Origin: Squalus acanthias
Lineage: Eukaryota
Assembly (NCBI GenBank): GCA_030390025.1
Contig: CM059432.1
Location: forward strand, 139,130,001 to 139,194,000
Direction of reading: 5' to 3'
DNA: 64,000 nucleotides
Shown here: positions 12,076 to 26,081 of the stretch, piece after piece
Position numbering within the stretch: the stretch's first letter is position 1
Layout of the letters: the number at the start of each line of letters is the position of its first letter
Notes under the pieces: generated by a model
The model's database searches: none
The model's input: the letters and a program-made list of their open reading frames with translations, nothing else
Told to the model about the DNA's origin: nothing
Position numbers and translations under genes: made by a program

Positions 12076-13122
12076 TGGGATGTGTGGCAAAGTGACCATG
12101 AGCTTATCAGAAAGGTACTAATGATCTTTACCCTAATTGAACGTTACAAACTGTCGCTAATAATACACAATTGTGAACGTGTTTTCTAAAAAAAAAAATG
12201 CCACACGCTAATTCCCTTCCCGTTGTTACACAGTCCTGTTCCTGCCAGAAGTAAAGGATGATTTAGAATTTAACGCATTATTGGCATCAATGCTGCCGCG
12301 CAAAAAAAGAAAAAAGCAGGATAGTCGCAAGAACCTGTCCCGAAGAATTAGCATCTAAATTCCCCAAGGATACTCATGATATCACACTGAACTTCTTTCA
12401 AAACAATTACTTCACCTACACAGTGCCACTTCCACACCAATCATGTTAAGCAAACACTTTGCTACATTTTAAGATAAGTGACTCCACTTCTTCCCCGCCC
12501 CCCCCCCCCATTCCCCCATTATTTTGGACAAATGCACAAACAGATGTGGTAGCTGTCCATACAGGCCAGAAAGGTTCAAGGTTTAAATCTTGGGCTGTGC
12601 TAAATTAGCTGATTTCGATCAGCGGGGGAGGGGGGGCTAGTGGGGATGCGACAAGGCGAGAAAGCTGGCCAGGGAACGTGCTCCACTTGCTACCCCTACC
12701 ATCCCTGTCAGAAGTTCTTGGTGGAAAGAAACGAGTCTGGCTAAACACGTTGGCGCAAATTGCAACAATGTAAAAACAAAAGTTCATGACTGCTACTTCT
12801 TAGCTCACTTTTAAAGTTGGTGCCACCTCATTGTTTGATACAAGTTACCCTGTTTAGTAGAACTGTTTTGTTATCCGAATCGAACATGTGGATAGCAGAC
12901 AAGGTACACAGCTCAAAGTGTTCTGCATGTAGACTCATTGCTCCATTTCCAGGCAAAGAAACAGGAAAGAAAGATCGAACCACCTGACAGAAAAATAAAT
13001 CATCACTTAGTAAATGAGGAGTAAGTAGCAGCTCTACCCTATCCTTAAAGAGAATGAAAGAGATGACTTACGAGCTAGTTTGCCCCACTGGCCTTCTTAC
13101 TGTTTTACTGTCTGTTGTCCAA

Positions 13123-13540
13123 CATAGAATCTTACAGCACAGAAGGAGGCCATTCGGCCTATCGTGCCTGAGCCGACTTTTTGAAAGAGCTATCCAATTA
13201 GTCCCACTCCCCTGCTTTCCCCATAGCTCGTCAGATTTTTCCCCTTCAAGTATTTATCCAATTCCCTTTTGAAAGTTACTATTGAATCTGCTTCCACCGC
13301 CCTTTCAGGCAGTGCATTCCAGATCACAGCAACTCGCTGAGTAAAAAAAAATTCTCCTCATCTCCCCCTCTGGCTCTTTTGCCAATTACCTTAAATCTGT
13401 GTCCTCTGGTTACCAACCCTTCCGCCAGTGGAAACAGTTTCTCCTTATTTGCTCTATCAAAACCCTTCATGATTTTGAACACCTCTATCAAATCTCCCCG
13501 TTAGCCTTCTCTGCTGTAAAGGAGAACAACCCCAGGTTCT
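13123..13540 (-). mobile_element. CR1 LINE 3' fragment
   Basis: CR1 ORF2 C-terminus and tail; similar copy at 46410-46830. Confidence 0.75.
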
Positions 13541-14631
13541 TTAAGCGAACAGAAAGGGGATGAGAGGCGCGTGTTGTCGTGGTGAACTAGTTTCAGCTAA
13601 CATGGAGAAACAAAGGGCTTTCTTGAGGAGGCCTGATGTTCTTGGCTTCTTTTACAATCATGAACCTGACAGATTTTGCTTGCAGCACCTATTTTGAAGA
13701 TTCCGTGAATGGTTGCAAGTACTCCAACAAACAGCAGCAGGTCAAGATTCGACCAGACTGTTCAGTTTTTCCTTGGAAAGAGATCAAATAGAACTTGTAA
13801 AATACATTAATATATTTGCACTGACATGCATAAAATGCACAGTGAACGGAGCAATGATTTAAATGAGGAAAACTGTTAACTGATAGCAGAGTTGTCCATT
13901 CTGAACCAGGGTTGTGCCTTTTGCATCGTAATATTTATAATGTAAACAGCTGAGTTTGTTGTAAACATTATTGATAATCCGTTGAAACTGAATGTTTTAC
14001 AGTAAAATTTGCTAAGTACAGAATAATGAAAAGCTTTTAAGGCTGGGGGGGTTGGGGGGGGGGGGGTCAATTGAAAATTTCAAAACTGAGATTGATGGAT
14101 TTTTGATAGGCAAGGGGATTAAGGGCTACGGAACCAGGGCGGGTAGATGGAGTTTAATGCAATTGGTATCGCCCCTATGGAAGAGCTGGCTCTTCTCTCA
14201 GAAGAAATGAGCCACAGTCAACCAGCCATGATCTAATTGAGTGGCAGAACAGGCTCGAGGGGCTGAATGGCCTACTCCTTTTCCTATGTTCATAATATAT
14301 CACTTCTTTATTCCTTCTAATGCTATCTATCATGAACCTTGTCAGTTTAAGAAGCCCGGAAGGAAGGCAGGATTAGTGCAAACTACAGATGCAGGTATGT
14401 TATAGAAACTAAGCTTAGCTTCACTAGGGAATTAAAGAGCATGATGTGAAGACTATGACTGCCAACCAGTCTTAGTGCTCTGATGTACAGCCGTTTATAG
14501 ATGATTTCATATCCTTGAAAAAAAGAAAGAGTGCTGGGGTGAGGAGCTGGACATTCATAAAATCATTAACAGGGCTTTGCACGTTATCACCTCTGCGAAT
14601 GAGGTCCTGAGAACAATTCAACCAAGACCTT

Positions 14632-14853
14632 AATACAATAGCAAAATACTGCGGATGCTGGAAGTCTGAAATAACAATAGAAAATGCTGGAAACACTCAG
14701 CAGGCCAGGCAGCATCCGTGGAGAGAGAAACAGAGTTAACGTTTCAGGTCTGTGACCCTTCAAGGGTCACAGACCTGAAACGTTAACTGTTTCTCTCTCC
14801 ACGGATGCTGCCTGGTCTGTTGAGTGTTTCCATCATTTTCTGTTGTTATTTTC
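14632..14853 (-). mobile_element. Palindromic Penelope-derived insertion with 11-bp TSD
   Basis: Inverted arms at about 14669-14760 and 14762-14851; ACCAAGACCTT at 14621-14631 and 14854-14864; sequence matches the 3' end of the PLE at 32797-32870. Confidence 0.8.
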
Positions 14854-14994
14854 ACCAAGACCTTTCTGGGCTCACTAGAAAGAAATGTTGAGAGTGCCAA
14901 GGCTCAGACTGTGGCCCATTCCCCTTGAGGGAAGAGCCAGGTCGTCCACAGGGGTGATACCAATTACACTAAACCATTGGCACTAAAGGCAAAG

Positions 14995-15570
14995 TAAAGT
15001 TAGGTTCAACTTGCATCGAACCTTGGTTGGACCACACTTGGAGTACTGTGCACAGTTCTGGTCTCCATATTATGAAAAGGATATAGAGGCACTGGTGAAG
15101 GTGCAAAAAAAAGGATTCACAGGGATTATACCAGAACTGAGAGGTTATACCCATCAGGAAAGACTGAACAGGCTGGGGCTCTTTTCTCTAGAAAAAGGCT
15201 AAGGCCTTTAAAATTATGAAGGGGTTCGATAGGGTAGAGTAGAGAAGATGTTACTATTTGCGGGGGAGACCAAAATTAGGGGCCATAAATATACGACAGT
15301 CACTAATAAATCCAACAGGGAATTCAAGAGAAACTTCTTTATCCAGAGAGGGATTAGAATGTGGAACTTGCTACCATAAAGAGTAGTTGAGGCGAATATC
15401 ATCGATGCATTCGAGAGGACGCCAGATAAGTACACGAATGAGAAAGGAATAGAAGGTTATGTTGATAGGGTTTGATGAAGAGGGGTGGGAGGAGGCTCGT
15501 GTGAAGCATAAACACCGGCACAGACCAGTTAGGCCGAATGGCCTCTTTCTGTGCTGTACATTCCATGTAA
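14995..15570 (+). mobile_element. CR1 LINE 3' fragment
   Basis: [30 protein letters not shown] motif and CR1 tail. Confidence 0.85.
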
Positions 15571-15696
15571 AAAAGGAGCACATTGTAATGATGGATGCTG
15601 CCTGCCACATAGAAACTGAGAGGACACTTGTGGAGAGCCAACTTGTACGAGATTTATCCAAAAGGCAAACTTGGCTGAGTAACACATGAACAAGTC

Positions 15697-16060
15697 CCTC
15701 CCTATTCTCCCTGTCTCTGTAAACTCCTCCAGCCCTACAACCCTCCGAGATCTCTGCGCTCTTCCAATTCTGGCCTCTTGCACATCCCCGATTGCCATCC
15801 CTCCACCATTGGTGGCTGTACCTTCAGCCGCCTAGGCCCGAAGCTCTGGAATTCCCTCCCTGAACCTCTCCGCCTCTCTACCTCTCTCTTCTCCTTGAAG
15901 ACGCTCCTTAAAACCTACCTCTGTGACCAAGCATTTGGTTATCTGTCCTAATATCTTATGTGGCTCGGTGTCAAATTTGTGATAATCGCTCCTGTGATGC
16001 GCCTGGACACGTTTTACTATGTTTAAAGGCGCTACATAAATGCAAGCTGCTGTGTTGTTG
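15697..16060 (+). mobile_element. L2 LINE 3' fragment
   Basis: Same family as 1094-1488 and 49026-50343. Confidence 0.8.
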
Positions 16061-16199
16061 TGTCGTGTGGCTGCATCTCCCCACGCACAGGAGAAGGTGG
16101 CTCCTAAGGGTTCGAGCCTTTCTTTTCAGCATTTTTCTTCCATCTAGCTGTTTTTAATTTTGTTGAGTCTTGAATCTCTGGAACCGGCTTCTAAACCCA

Positions 16200-16510
16200 G
16201 GCCCCGTCTGCCCTGTCAGGTGGGCATAAAAGATCCAATGGTGCCATTTTGAAGGGGAGCAGGGGAGTTCTCCCCGGTGTCCTGGGGCCAATATTTATCC
16301 CTCAACCAACATCACTGAAACAGATTATCTGATCATTTAACCTCATTGCTGTTTGTGGGATCTTACTGTGCGCAAATTGGCTGCTGCATTTCCTACATTA
16401 CAACAGTGACTACACTCCAAAAAGGACTTCACTGGCTGTAAAGCGCTTTGGGACGTCCTGAGATTGTGAAAGTTGCAATATAAATTCAATTTCTTTCTTT
16501 CTTTCTTTCT
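16200..16510 (+). mobile_element. Deu-SINE fragment
   Basis: Deu core and (TTTC)n tail. Confidence 0.75.
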
Positions 16511-17054
16511 TAATCCATTAAACCTTGCCAAATAAGAACATATTGCTGAGCAGGAGATTCTCTGTACATCAGACTTCCTTGGGGAAAAGAAAGACTTTCT
16601 GCTTTTTAAAATGGCATAAAAACTTCAGAGAACTTTAAAATAAAACAAATATGCAACCATATGGGACGTTCATTTCTTCCTTGCAGTTATGAGGACAGGA
16701 GGGAGAACAGAATGTGACTGAGGCCGAGTCTTACAGAGGCAGCAAAGCAAGTTCTTGAATGAAAAGCAAGGGCAGGCACAATTCTGATTTTTCTGGTGGC
16801 CTTACCATTACGTCTCCACCTGAAAACTCGAAAGTAAGGGACACACGGCCAAAATGGTGGATAGTTATTTTAATACGTGTGCAGCCACGAGCCTCCAAAT
16901 AAGCTCATACTTATTAGTCCCACTCCCCCGCTCTTGCCCCGTGGCCATGCAAATTTTTCCTTTCCAAGTACACATCCAATTCCCTTTTGAAGGTTACTAT
17001 TCAATCTGCTTTCAGCACCCTTTCAGGCAGCGCATTCCAGATCATAACAACTCA

Positions 17055-17452
17055 ACAACAACAACAACTTGTATTTATATAGCACCTTTAACGTAGTAAA
17101 ACATCCCAAGGCGCTTCACAGCAGCGTTATCAAACAAAATTTGACACCGAGCCACGTAAGAAAATATTGGGACAGATGACCAAAAGCATGGTCAAAGAGA
17201 TAGGTTTTAAGGAGCATCTTAAAGGAGAGAGAGAGAGAGGTAGAGAGGCGGAGAGTTTTAGGGAGGGAATTCCAGAGCTTAGCGCCTCGGCTCCAATGGT
17301 GGAGCGATGGAAGTCGGGGATGCAGAAGAGGCCAGAATTAGAGGAGCGCAAAGAATTCGGAGGGTTGCAGAGCTGGAGGAGGTTACAGAGATAGGAAGGG
17401 GCGAGGCCATGGAGGGATCTGAAAACAAAAATGAGAATTTTAAAATTGAGGC
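17055..17452 (-). mobile_element. L2 LINE 3' fragment abutting a CR1 tail (16913-17055)
   Basis: (CAA)n tail and LRSSNSGL motif. Confidence 0.8.
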
Positions 17453-20400
17453 ATTGGATATATACTTGAAAAAGGAAAACTTTGCAGGGCTACGGGAAAA
17501 AAGCGGGCGAGTGGGACGAATAAGTATGAGCTTATTTGGAGGTCCGTGGCTGTACACGTGTTAAAATAACTTTCCACAATTTTGGCCATTCATCCCTTAT
17601 TTTTAAACTCGCTGTGTTGAGAAAAATTATCTCATCTGCCATCTCGGTTTTGAAAATTAATTACAAAAATGCTTGCATTTACGTAGTGGATCATCGCATC
17701 AGTATGTCTCATAGGACTGCACATCATGAATTACTTTTGAAGGACTTTGATTGCCATTCTGCACCACCAACGTTGCAGTGAGGATGAATTGATCAGTTAA
17801 TCTGTCATTTTAGTGGTATTGGTTTACAGAGGAAAAGATAATTGAACAATAACCAAAAAAAAAATCCAACATACCAGGCCACTGATATAACTTACAAGTG
17901 CCTTTCTCACAAGCAGGTCACCTGCACACCCTTTCAGAATCTGACTTTGATAATCTCGCAGTGTGGGGCAGCGAGAAAAAAATATTAAAATGAGCCTTTA
18001 TAATTAAAAAATGTCATGGTGGTTAATCCAGATGAGAGAGGCCATTCATTCAGTTTGCCTTTCCACAGAAGCTCAAGTCCCACCATCACATGCGCCATAT
18101 TTTCCTGGAAAAAAATAACGGTGTGTAACAACGCACGCCGTTATTAACGCGCAAATCGGCCAGCAAGTTGAGTGGATGAAGAGTTACGGCGAGAGCGGTG
18201 AATCTCCAGAACTTGCTGGTTGATTTCGCCACTCTGTTGTTTGCTTCGCAGAAACGGCCTCTCGCCCTTAGCCTCACTGTTATTTTTAAGAACTTGCTGG
18301 ATTTGCACATTATATGCCCATTAAGCCCACCGCAGAAAGTTAAGTCTGGTAAATAACAGCGTTAGTACCCTTTTAACGACGTGATGGTTGTTAATGCAAT
18401 GCCAGTCAACCTCTCTGGCCCAGAAAGGGAACAATTTAAACTGCTGAGTCTCATTCCTGTATGGAGTAAATTCTTCTTAGAGATTTTTAAAAAAAGTTAA
18501 GTTTAAAACAAAAAGTTCTTACTTTTCCTTTCAGTCTCTATTTTTCCTCTCTCTCTTTTAATCTAATCTTGCTTTCCTTTTCTTTATTTCTCTTTCTGTA
18601 CCTGATTTGACTCTAATTCACCCTATTTCCTTCTCCGTCTGTTTCCATCTCAAGCCTCAACTCTCATTGGTTAAGGAGATAGACCGGTTGGTCCCGTCGT
18701 TCACCGAGGTCCCAGATGTCCGGTTGCCCTCGCCACGCCGTTACCAGCTCGCACTCCCAGCAAGTTATGGCGCAGGAAGTTACATGTGGGGGAAAAGTCT
18801 AACTAACGGGGCCCTGCTCCAGCAAGAGTTAGCCTATTATGTTTGAATTTTTTTTTAATTGCATACGGCATACATTTTCTTTCCCGCAAAACATTTTCTT
18901 TCCACTTTACTGTAGTGATTCTTAGTAACACTTTTCGGTCAGCGTTTCCCATTCGATTTTGCTGAGTGAACTGTCACATTTATGTTACAGGTTCTGCCCA
19001 CTTGGTAGCGCTGTGCAGCAAGTTTCTGAAGTCTCTCACCATCTGTAGATCTTAAAAATCCCTTATGTTCATCAATTGATCACGAGCAGCTCCATGGGCA
19101 ATTTACTAGTAATACATTTAAAAGTCTTGTGTGACACACTTATTTCCTGTGATATTTTTTTCCCCGTCGCGCGTTGTTGGCAACACCCCTATCGTTAGGA
19201 AGCTGCACATCCTCCAAATCAGCGACACCCGGGAAATGAGAGCAGGGTTGATGAAGAGATGGGGAGGTGGAGAATGAGGGGAATCTGGCCCCAATCAGAT
19301 GAAATCATTTCTTAAGAGGAGTTTAAAATATACTTAAAGTAGTTTGCATTTACAGACAGATGGCGTTAACATAGGCAGCTTCTCTGTCTCCCCGTCATAC
19401 ATCGAGCCGGTTTCCTACATTACAACAGTGACTACACTTCAAAAGTACTTTATTGGCTGTGAAGCCCTTTGGGACGTCCGGAGGTCGTGAAAGGCGCTAT
19501 ATAAATGCAAGTTCTTTCTTTTAATGCAATTTTGAAATGGAGCAACAACAAAAATGCGCAAAACCATAGACTATAAAAAAAAAATCCATTCTGGGCAAGT
19601 TTCACAACACACAAATATGCCAAACTCCAGGGACGTTTTTAATAATTCTGACAAAAAAACCTACAGCGGTTACATGAAAACTGTACAAATAACGCCATTA
19701 TCTATCAGAAATGAAAGCTACCCGGGCGGGAACAAGAATGCACTGTGTGTGTGTACAATGAACAGGCCAGTGTCACAGAATAAGCCACACTTAACTGGAA
19801 GTGATTTAAAATCCCAGCAGACAACGATACATCCGCCAGCGTACGTTTGTTAAGTCTACATGGAAATTTAAGATCCAACAGACTCGGTAACAACTGTACA
19901 GTAGCTCGCCGAACACTATGCCTGTTTACAATTATGGTGCATGCCTGACACCTAGTGGCTGCGAATTAGATTTAAAGTGGCAGACAGCCAACCCACACTT
20001 CAAAATAAATAGAACACAAAAGCCGTGGCTGGGCTCTCCTCTTTTTTGTAAGCCTGTCATTTTTACTGAAGGACCTAGAAGCAGAATTCATTTTCATCTG
20101 TCTGTCGGTTCCATGCTGTAAGTGCAATAGTGCAATTCAAGTAAAACAAGCTATTGTCCCCGACAGTACAAAGTGAGCGCGCACATCCTCAAGTTCACTT
20201 TCTCTTTGTTACAATACTTCTAGAAGCCAGCGTGAGCCAAAACGCAATTAGAAGCGAACAAAGAAAAGCTGATCTTAATAAGACAGATTAGAGTACCTTC
20301 CTCCACCTTCCCTGATTGCCTACTAAAGCTTGTGCCCATTCCAACTGTTTCTGTGACAGCTCATGCCCTTGTTCCCTGCCCGCCGCACCCCCCCACCCCC

Positions 20401-20617
20401 ATTCCACCAGCTTGACTATTATTTCTACCGAAAACTGTCAAGTACTAAACAAAAAAAAAAATGCTGTTTTCACACAGGAAATAGGAGAGATTTGCGCAAG
20501 ATTATTAAACAGATCAGTCGATATTTCATTGCTATCTTGGACATTTAGTTCATCTTCTGGACTCAAACATGGGAGTGGTTGAGGCGAATAGCATAGATGC
20601 ATTTAAGGAGAAGCTAG

Positions 20618-20931
20618 ACACAGTGGCATAGTGGTTAGCACTGTTGCCTCACAGCGCCAGGGACCCGGATTCGAATCCGGCCTCGGGTGACTGTCTGTGT
20701 GGAGTTTGTACATTCTCCCCGTGTCTGCGTGGGTTTCCTCCGGGTGCTCCGGTTTCCTCCCACAGTCCAAAGATGTGTGGGTTAAGTTGATTTGGCTATG
20801 ATAAACTGACTCTTAGTGTTAGGGGGATTAAATACGTGGGGTTACGGGGATAGGGTGGGATATGTGTCGGTGCAGGCTCGATGGGCCGAAATGGCCTCTA
20901 TCTGCACTGTGGGGATTCTGTGATTCTGTGA
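20618..20931 (+). mobile_element. HE1/V-SINE with the shorter classical-type tail, inserted in a CR1 3' fragment (20572-21090)
   Basis: tRNA-like head (TGGCATAGTGG, GATTCGAATCC), V-domain GGGTTTCCTCCGGGTGCTCCGGTTTCCTCCCACAGTCCAAAGA and (GATTCTGT)n tail. Confidence 0.85.
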
Positions 20932-21269
20932 TTAGCACACGAGGGAGAATGCAATAGAAGGATATGCTGATAGGGTGAGATGAAGAGAGGTGGGAGGAGG
21001 CTCGTGTGGAGCATAAACGCTGGCTTGGAACTGTTGGGCCGAATGGCCTGTTTCTGTGCTGTAAATTCTATGTAATTCTATATAATTCTATTTCTTGCCC
21101 ACGCAAACATTAGATTAGGAGATTTATTATTCTAATACTTATTCTTATTTCTATTGTTCTTGTTCCAAGACTCAATTCAGATGCACTTAAATAAAAAGTT
21201 CAAACTTGAATTATCAAGAAAGTTTATAATGAAACTCAATTTCTTGGTAAAAGGTCCAGTTTTTTTTTA

Positions 21270-21655
21270 ATTTTCAGGATGTGGGCATCACTGGCAAGGC
21301 CGGCATTTATTGTCCATCCCCAGTTGCCAGTTTTGATACAGGTGAGTGGCTTGCTAGGCCAATTCAGAGGGGAGTCAACCACGTTGTTGTGGGATTGGAG
21401 TCGCAGTTGGATCGGGTCGGGTAAAAATGGCAGGTTGCCTTCCCTGAAGGACGTTAATGAGCCAGTTGGGGTTTTCAAATGACAATACGACAGCTTCAAG
21501 GTCACTTTTACAGATAACAGCTTTTTATTTCCATGTTTTTTTATTTAAAAAACTGAATTCAAATTCTCAAAACTGCCATGGTGGGATTGGTTCTCTGGAT
21601 CATTAGTCCAGACCTCTGGATTACTAGCCCAGTAGTGTAACCGCTGTGTTACCGT
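21270..21655 (-). mobile_element. tRNA-headed SINE sharing its 3' end with the LINE at 26450-27310
   Basis: Tail GGGCAACTGGGGATGGACAATAAATGCCGGCCTTGCCAG.; second copy at about 51960-52410. Confidence 0.6.
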
Positions 21656-23571
21656 ACCTGCAGTGAATCAGTACCCAGGTTGAGATTTCAATACATTCGC
21701 CAGCCCAAAGATTCATCATCCAAAGAAACTTTGGTGGATTATCCAAAAATGCCCGACTTGAGCATAGCTTCTCACACAACTGTGGTTGGCATGAATCCAA
21801 AGTCTGGCAAGTCCCACTTTTAGAGTCAGGATTCTGTTTAGACTTGCACATTGAATTTTCAGAAGACCAGTATTGAAGTAGAGGAGAAAATGAGGAAAGC
21901 CTTGGTACAGGTACATTGATAATATTTTCATCCTGGATGCATTTAGCATGCTTTGTAAATATGATAGGACACAAAATATCCTGCTACTAAATCGCACTAG
22001 CACCCCAATCTACCTTTTTTTTAAAAAATCATATATTGGCACAAGAATAGATTGACCCAATCCCAAAATGCTCACAAATCAACACTTTTAATAGTGAACC
22101 CGCTCAAGGAAGGTGACCAAGATGTATTCCTGCTATGACTAATCAAGTCTGTAATACCAATTACCCTTTGCATAGATCTCTAATAATCTTCAAAAAAAAT
22201 CGCCTCCGTACAACCAAGAAGATGCCAGGTTTCACCTTGATCTGTGCCAAGTCAACGAATCTCAGCTAAGCAGCATAAAATAAGCGAGGAAATTCAAATT
22301 TATCACACGATCAAGGTGACTTATGATTCAAATTTGAACCCGTTTGATTATTTAAATTCTGTGCGTTGAGACTACAAAAAAGTAACGCTCTCCCCAGACT
22401 TCTGTGATTCTTCAAAATAGTTACAGGGGGAGGCCCAATATACCAACACTTTCTAGGTATTACAACCTCAACAAGATTTCTTGTTACAACATAGAATTTA
22501 TTTTGGCATTAAAGAGAAAAGGAAATTGATCTCAATATCCTGCCCAACCTTAAAATGAAGGTCAGTAGAGTCTTATAAAATAGGTAATTGCTTATCACAC
22601 TGGGCATGCTGTGAGAGGGTGTGGCAACAGATTTCAGACATATGCCACGGTACGCATGTGATTAGGCAATTGTGAGACCATCAATTAGAGATAAGAAATT
22701 ACTATCTTGAGTAAAGCTCCGTCTAATTCAGACCCATCGCTCCTCTCACATCTGTCGCAATTCAATCATCGGTGGTTGTTTAAAAATTAAACCAGTTTGC
22801 TTAAAGTTTTGCCGCGTCTTCTCCTTGCTGTGCCACTGCGTTATGTTGTCGAGCACAGTCTTGCTGCCCTGGCTACCAAAATAACACGTCAATGGAGGAA
22901 AAAAAAATACATACTAAAGATTAACCAGATATATCAGCGAGCCAAGCAGAAAGAGAAAGCATTAGTTGCTTGCCAAGTTATCTTGTTGATGGTGTTCCAA
23001 AATTTCATTATAATTTTTATATCTAACAGTTTGATTCATCCTTAAAATACCATTAGTGACCCTCTCTCTTTAATCTCATCAATCCACATTAGAATCAAAC
23101 TCCGGTCCCAAAGCTGAAAGAAAGCATTCTAACGCACTTTACAAAGTTCTCATTAAGTATAAATCATGCCTGGGAAGAGAAATAACTTGAGGGGCCGAGA
23201 GTGCTCAACTCCTTGCCAGAAGGTTTGAACTCTGAATCGCAAGGCTACCTGCCAATCAAATGCACTTGCTTAAATCGGGTGGCTTTCTCACCCTCCCAAT
23301 TCTCAGGTGGGAGCACAGGTGGAATGCAGCACAGAAGCAAGATGATCGACCTCCGGGGTCAGGGGTCGGGGGTCAGGAACGGAAAAGGCGGGCTGACCTC
23401 ATTACAGCAATATTCGTCCAGTCAAAAACTGACAGGTTGGGAAGAGATTTGGTAAAACTCAACTCACTGATCCACAAAATATTGATGCTAATTTTACATG
23501 AAGTTTACTTGAAGTGACATTGATAATGCAAAGAGTAGTAAAAGAGCAGAGGGGATATTTATCACTACATG

Positions 23572-23872
23572 TGTCAGCATGGCTCACTCGGTAGCACTCT
23601 TGCCCGTGTCAGAAAAACTTGCATTTATAATGCGCCTTTTGTAACTTCAGAATATCCCAAGATGTTTCACAGTCAAGTGAGTATTTTTGAAGTGGAGTCA
23701 CTGTTGTAATGCAGGGAAATCCAGCAGCCAATCTGCGCACAGCAAGTTCCTACAGACAATGGGATAAATGACAAGAAAATCTATTTTAGTGATGTTGGTT
23801 AAGGGAAATACGTTGACCAGTATGCTGGGAGAACTCCCTTGCTCTTCTTCGAATAGTGCCATGGGACCTTTT
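23572..23872 (-). mobile_element. Degenerate Deu-SINE
   Basis: Similar to 9912-10308. Confidence 0.65.
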
Positions 23873-24054
23873 CACAATCTTGCTCTAGAAGATACAAAAC
23901 ATATGCAGAGCGATATTGTTATTTCAGCTAATTTGCTTAGAGTGAAAAGGCTTAAAGGTGCTTTCAAATTCATATTTACTAATTGGAGTAGACAAAAGTT
24001 AGCGTCAAAAAACAGACAATTGAGGTCGACCCATAAACTAGATTTGTGCATTAC

Positions 24055-24752
24055 ATAGAAAAATAGGAGCAGGAGTAGGCCATTCGGCCCTTCGAGCCTG
24101 CTCCGCCATTCAATATGATCATGGCTGATCCTCTATCTCAATACCATATTCCCACTCTCTCCCCATATCCCTTGATGCCTTTTGTGTCTAGAAATCTATC
24201 TATCTCCTTCTTAAATATATTCAGTGACTTGGCCTCCACAGCCTTCTGTGGTAGAGAATTCCACAGGTTCACCACCCTCTGAGTGAAGAAATTTCTCCTC
24301 ATCTCAGTCCTAAATGTCTTACCCCGTATCCTGAGACTGTGACCCCTCGTTCTTGACCCCCCAGCCAGGGAAAACGTCCTCCCTGCATCCAGTCTGTCTA
24401 GCCCTGTCAGAATTTTATATGTTTCAATGAGATCCCCTCTCATTCTTCTAAACTCTAGTGAATACAGGCCTAGTCAACCCAATCTCTCCTCATACAACAG
24501 TCCTGCCATCCCAGGAATCAGTCAGGTGAACCTTCGCTGCACTCCCTCTATGGCAAGTATATCCCTTCTTAGGTAAGGAGACCAAAACTGCACACAGTAC
24601 TCCAGGTGTGGTCTCACCAAGGCCCTGTATAACTGTCGTAAGACATCCTTGCTCCTGTACTCAAATCCTCTTGCAATGAAGGCCAACATACCATTTGCCT
24701 TCCTAACTGCTTGCTGCACCTGCATGTTTGCTTTCAGTGACTGGTATACAAG
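24055..24752 (-). mobile_element. CR1 LINE 3' fragment
   Basis: ORFs LYRALVRPHLEYCVQFWSPY and MRGDLIETYKILTG..WNSLPQKAVEA. Confidence 0.9.
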
Positions 24753-25519
24753 TACAAGTAATGTTACTTCCCACATTAACACAAAACATAATGGGCCACA
24801 GCGATCTACAAGTCTTGCATCAAGCGTGCATCAGTGGCCAGTGAGAAGAATGTACATCGCACTTCAGTGCCCCACATGCAAGTGTATGTTACACATCCCC
24901 ACTTGGTTTAATTAACCACCATCCATTAAGTTCACTCAAGTATGGACAAGTAGGAAAAGCCACCAATCACAAGCAGGCAGACAAGTAAAAACAGCCCACA
25001 GAAACCCAAGCAAATTGTTCACTTTTTTCCCTTCCAAAGCCGGCTAATCAGGAACCAGCAACGACTGCAAAAATAAACTAATCAAATTGCGCGAGTAATT
25101 TCTTCACGCTATTTTGGCCGCCAGTTTCCTCTCTTATAAACAGCTGAAAATAATATTTATAATGTAGCGCTGCATGCACAAAGTTATACAATTCTGGAGG
25201 GGGTCAGCTTAATTGTAATCCAGGAAGGCAAATCAATGTCAATCGACATTACTTCCTGTAAAGCCAGGTGCGGACAGGCCCCATAGTCAGCGGATTGCCC
25301 ACCTGCTAAACATGGCAAGGCAGAACAGCAGGATAACAAAACTCAAACTTTTAAAATATTTCCCAGCGGGTATCTAAACATGTTTTGACAAACAGATGCA
25401 AGGTGGGGAAAAGCACTTTTCCACACTGACTGCCTTCTAAACGCTAACTCTGGGATTTAACGACCTTATCCTGAAGCAATCTATTCACATGATAAGAGGG
25501 CTGAAGGTTTTAATCATGA

Positions 25520-25940
25520 CATGGTGGCTCAGTGGGTAGTACTCTGACCTCTGGGTCAGAAGGTTGTGGTTTCAAGTCCCGTTCCAGAGACTTGAACACA
25601 TAATCGAGGCGAACACTCCAGTGCAGTCCTGAGGGAGTGCTGCACTGTCAGAGGTGCTGTCTTTTGGATGAGACGTTAAACTGAGGCTCCACCTGCCCTC
25701 TCAGGTGGACGTAAAAGATCCCACGGCACTATTTCGAAGAAGAGCAGGGGAGTTCGCTCCGGGGTCCTGGCTAATATTTATCCTTCAACCAACATCACTA
25801 AAAACAGATTATCTGGTTATTATCTCATTACAATTTATGGGAGCTTTCTGTGCACTGTCCTACATTACAATAGTGACTACACTTCAAAAAGTACTTCATT
25901 GGCTGAAAAGTGCTTTGGGACGTTCAGAAGTCTTTCTTTT
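25520..25940 (+). mobile_element. Deu-SINE, near full length
   Basis: tRNA-like head TGGCTCAGTGG...TTCAAGTCCC followed by the Deu core. Confidence 0.8.
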
Positions 25941-25998
25941 ATCATGGTTTCTTTAAATTATTCATACATGAGTTTTAGGACACCATTTGAAATGGCAT

Positions 25999-26081
25999 CA
26001 GAAAATGCTGGAAACACTCAGCAGGTCAGGCAGCATCTGTGGAGAGGGAAACAGAGTATGTTTCAGGTCTGTGACCCTTCG
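25999..26081 (-). mobile_element. 83-bp Penelope terminal fragment with 13-bp TSD
   Basis: TTTGAAATGGCAT at 25986-25998 and 26082-26094; sequence is homologous to the left arm of the 14632 element. Confidence 0.75.

Noticed and set aside
14740..14790. Hammerhead ribozyme at the centre of the 14632 palindrome
   Set aside because: Stem II and GAAA are present, but CUGANGA is missing on both strands.
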